Shown here in pieces: positions 63,493 through 64,000 of a DNA stretch of 64,000 bases; position 1 is the stretch's first letter; the number at the start of each line of letters is the position of its first letter. The stretch lies in NCBI GenBank assembly GCA_038064735.1, contig JBBTSI010000001.1:22012-86011 (forward strand), in the 5' to 3' direction. Source of the stretch: Patescibacteria group bacterium (GTDB taxonomy: Bacteria; Patescibacteriota; Minisyncoccia; Phycocordibacterales; WO2-35-19). The position numbers were made by a program, and so were the translations under genes. The notes under the pieces are model-generated. The model saw only the letters and a program-made list of their open reading frames with translations, had not been told where the DNA came from and searched no databases.

Positions 63493-64000
63493 TTAATTTT
63501 CTAAAAAATTAGGGGCTAAAGACGGGTCAACATCGCTATAAAAATTCCTCTCCCAAGAATGATTTCTCAGTTCGTCCATGAGTTTTGGTGATAATTTCCC
63601 CTTGTCTGAAAATGAAGTATTTTTTTCAACATTTTTAATTTTTCTCATGCCGGGAATTACTGATGAAATTTCATTAAACGATAAAATATAACGAAGAGAT
63701 AATTCTGCCAATGTTTCCGTTTCACCGGCCATGATCTTTTTGAGAGAATCTGTTCGTCTGACAAGTTCAGGTAATCTTTCACCTTCAAAATAAGATTTGC
63801 GCAAATCACCTTCTTCAAATTGGGTATCAGAAGTGAAATTTCCAGCCAAACCTCCTTCATCTAGAGGCACTCTGGCGATTAGTCCGATATTGTTCTCTTT
63901 TGCGTACGGCAAAAGTTTTTCTGTGGGTTTTTGGTGGAAAATATTAAAAATAAATTGAATAGTAGAAATAAGTCCGGTATCCAAAGTTTCCAGACAATTG
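63493..64000 (-). CDS. Aldo/keto reductase, C-terminal part (gene continues past the window edge)
   Basis: NNIGLIARVPLDEGGLAGNF...LSLRYILSFNEISSVIPGMRKIKNVEKN matches AKR C-terminal consensus. No start codon within the window. Confidence 0.6.
   Translation of the reverse strand, partial: NCLETLDTGLISTIQFIFNIFHQKPTEKLLPYAKENNIGLIARVPLDEGGLAGNFTSDTQFEEGDLRKSYFEGERLPELVRRTDSLKKIMAGETETLAELSLRYILSFNEISSVIPGMRKIKNVEKNTSFSDKGKLSPKLMDELRNHSWERNFYSDVDPSLAPNFLEN

Noticed and set aside
1-64000. Alternative genetic code (UGA as Gly, as in some CPR lineages)
   Set aside because: Long conserved genes (lepA, cysS, tyrS, gltX, mraY) are intact single ORFs under the standard code and several genes end in TGA. 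Standard code 11.

Overview
This reads as a compact, AT-rich (roughly mid-30s % GC by eye) bacterial fragment whose gene content matches a Candidate Phyla Radiation / Patescibacteria-like organism. The standard genetic code is in use. Long housekeeping ORFs such as lepA, cysS, tyrS and gltX contain no in-frame TGA, so UGA recoding was rejected. The window splits into two kinds of region.

Housekeeping genes are easy to recognise:
- translation: lepA, cysS, gltX, an Asx-tRNA ligase, trpS, tyrS, rplI, rpmA, tRNA-Gly(CCC);
- a partial division and cell-wall (dcw) block on the minus strand in the order dacA-like, mraY, ftsW, murG, with murD missing from its usual slot between mraY and ftsW;
- murJ, an FtsB-like gene, scpA/scpB, an M23 endopeptidase, an S41 C-terminal processing protease and a CorA-like transporter.

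The accessory content is mostly cell-surface genes:
- a glycan locus at about 0.1-9.3 kb with two TPR-tailed multi-span membrane proteins (one O-antigen-ligase-like), a GT2 glycosyltransferase, a sugar C-methyltransferase-like enzyme and two paralogous class-A beta-lactamase-like serine hydrolases;
- a secreted-protein island at 9.4-13.4 kb and 17.6-27.2 kb, resuming right after the tRNA-Gly, carrying LamG/ConA-like jelly-roll, FN3, SH3b and peptidoglycan-binding domains. It includes a tandem array of five paralogous jelly-roll proteins with near-identical 5' and 3' ends;
- two large paralogous secreted proteins at 32.9-37.2 kb, one carrying an exact 223-bp in-frame duplication.

The most interesting hypothesis concerns the five paralog tails, PPP-DTT-APSAPTGV(A/E)VQ followed by a stop. 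They look like an FN3 linker plus strand A, while three neighbouring FN3 proteins begin their mature N-terminal FN3 at strand B. This suggests docking by strand complementation. It is inference only.

Other observations: a 59-nt intergenic repeat present twice with a compensatory hairpin change, a cluster of three strong hairpins in a convergent intergenic region, a long structured leader upstream of an SLT-like gene, and a CYTH / radical-SAM / orphan histidine-kinase neighbourhood. No CRISPR array, reverse transcriptase, integrase or transposase was found.

Non-ORF coordinates are counted by hand and may be off by 1-2 bp. At one spot (23.8 kb) my count disagreed with the ORF track by one base.
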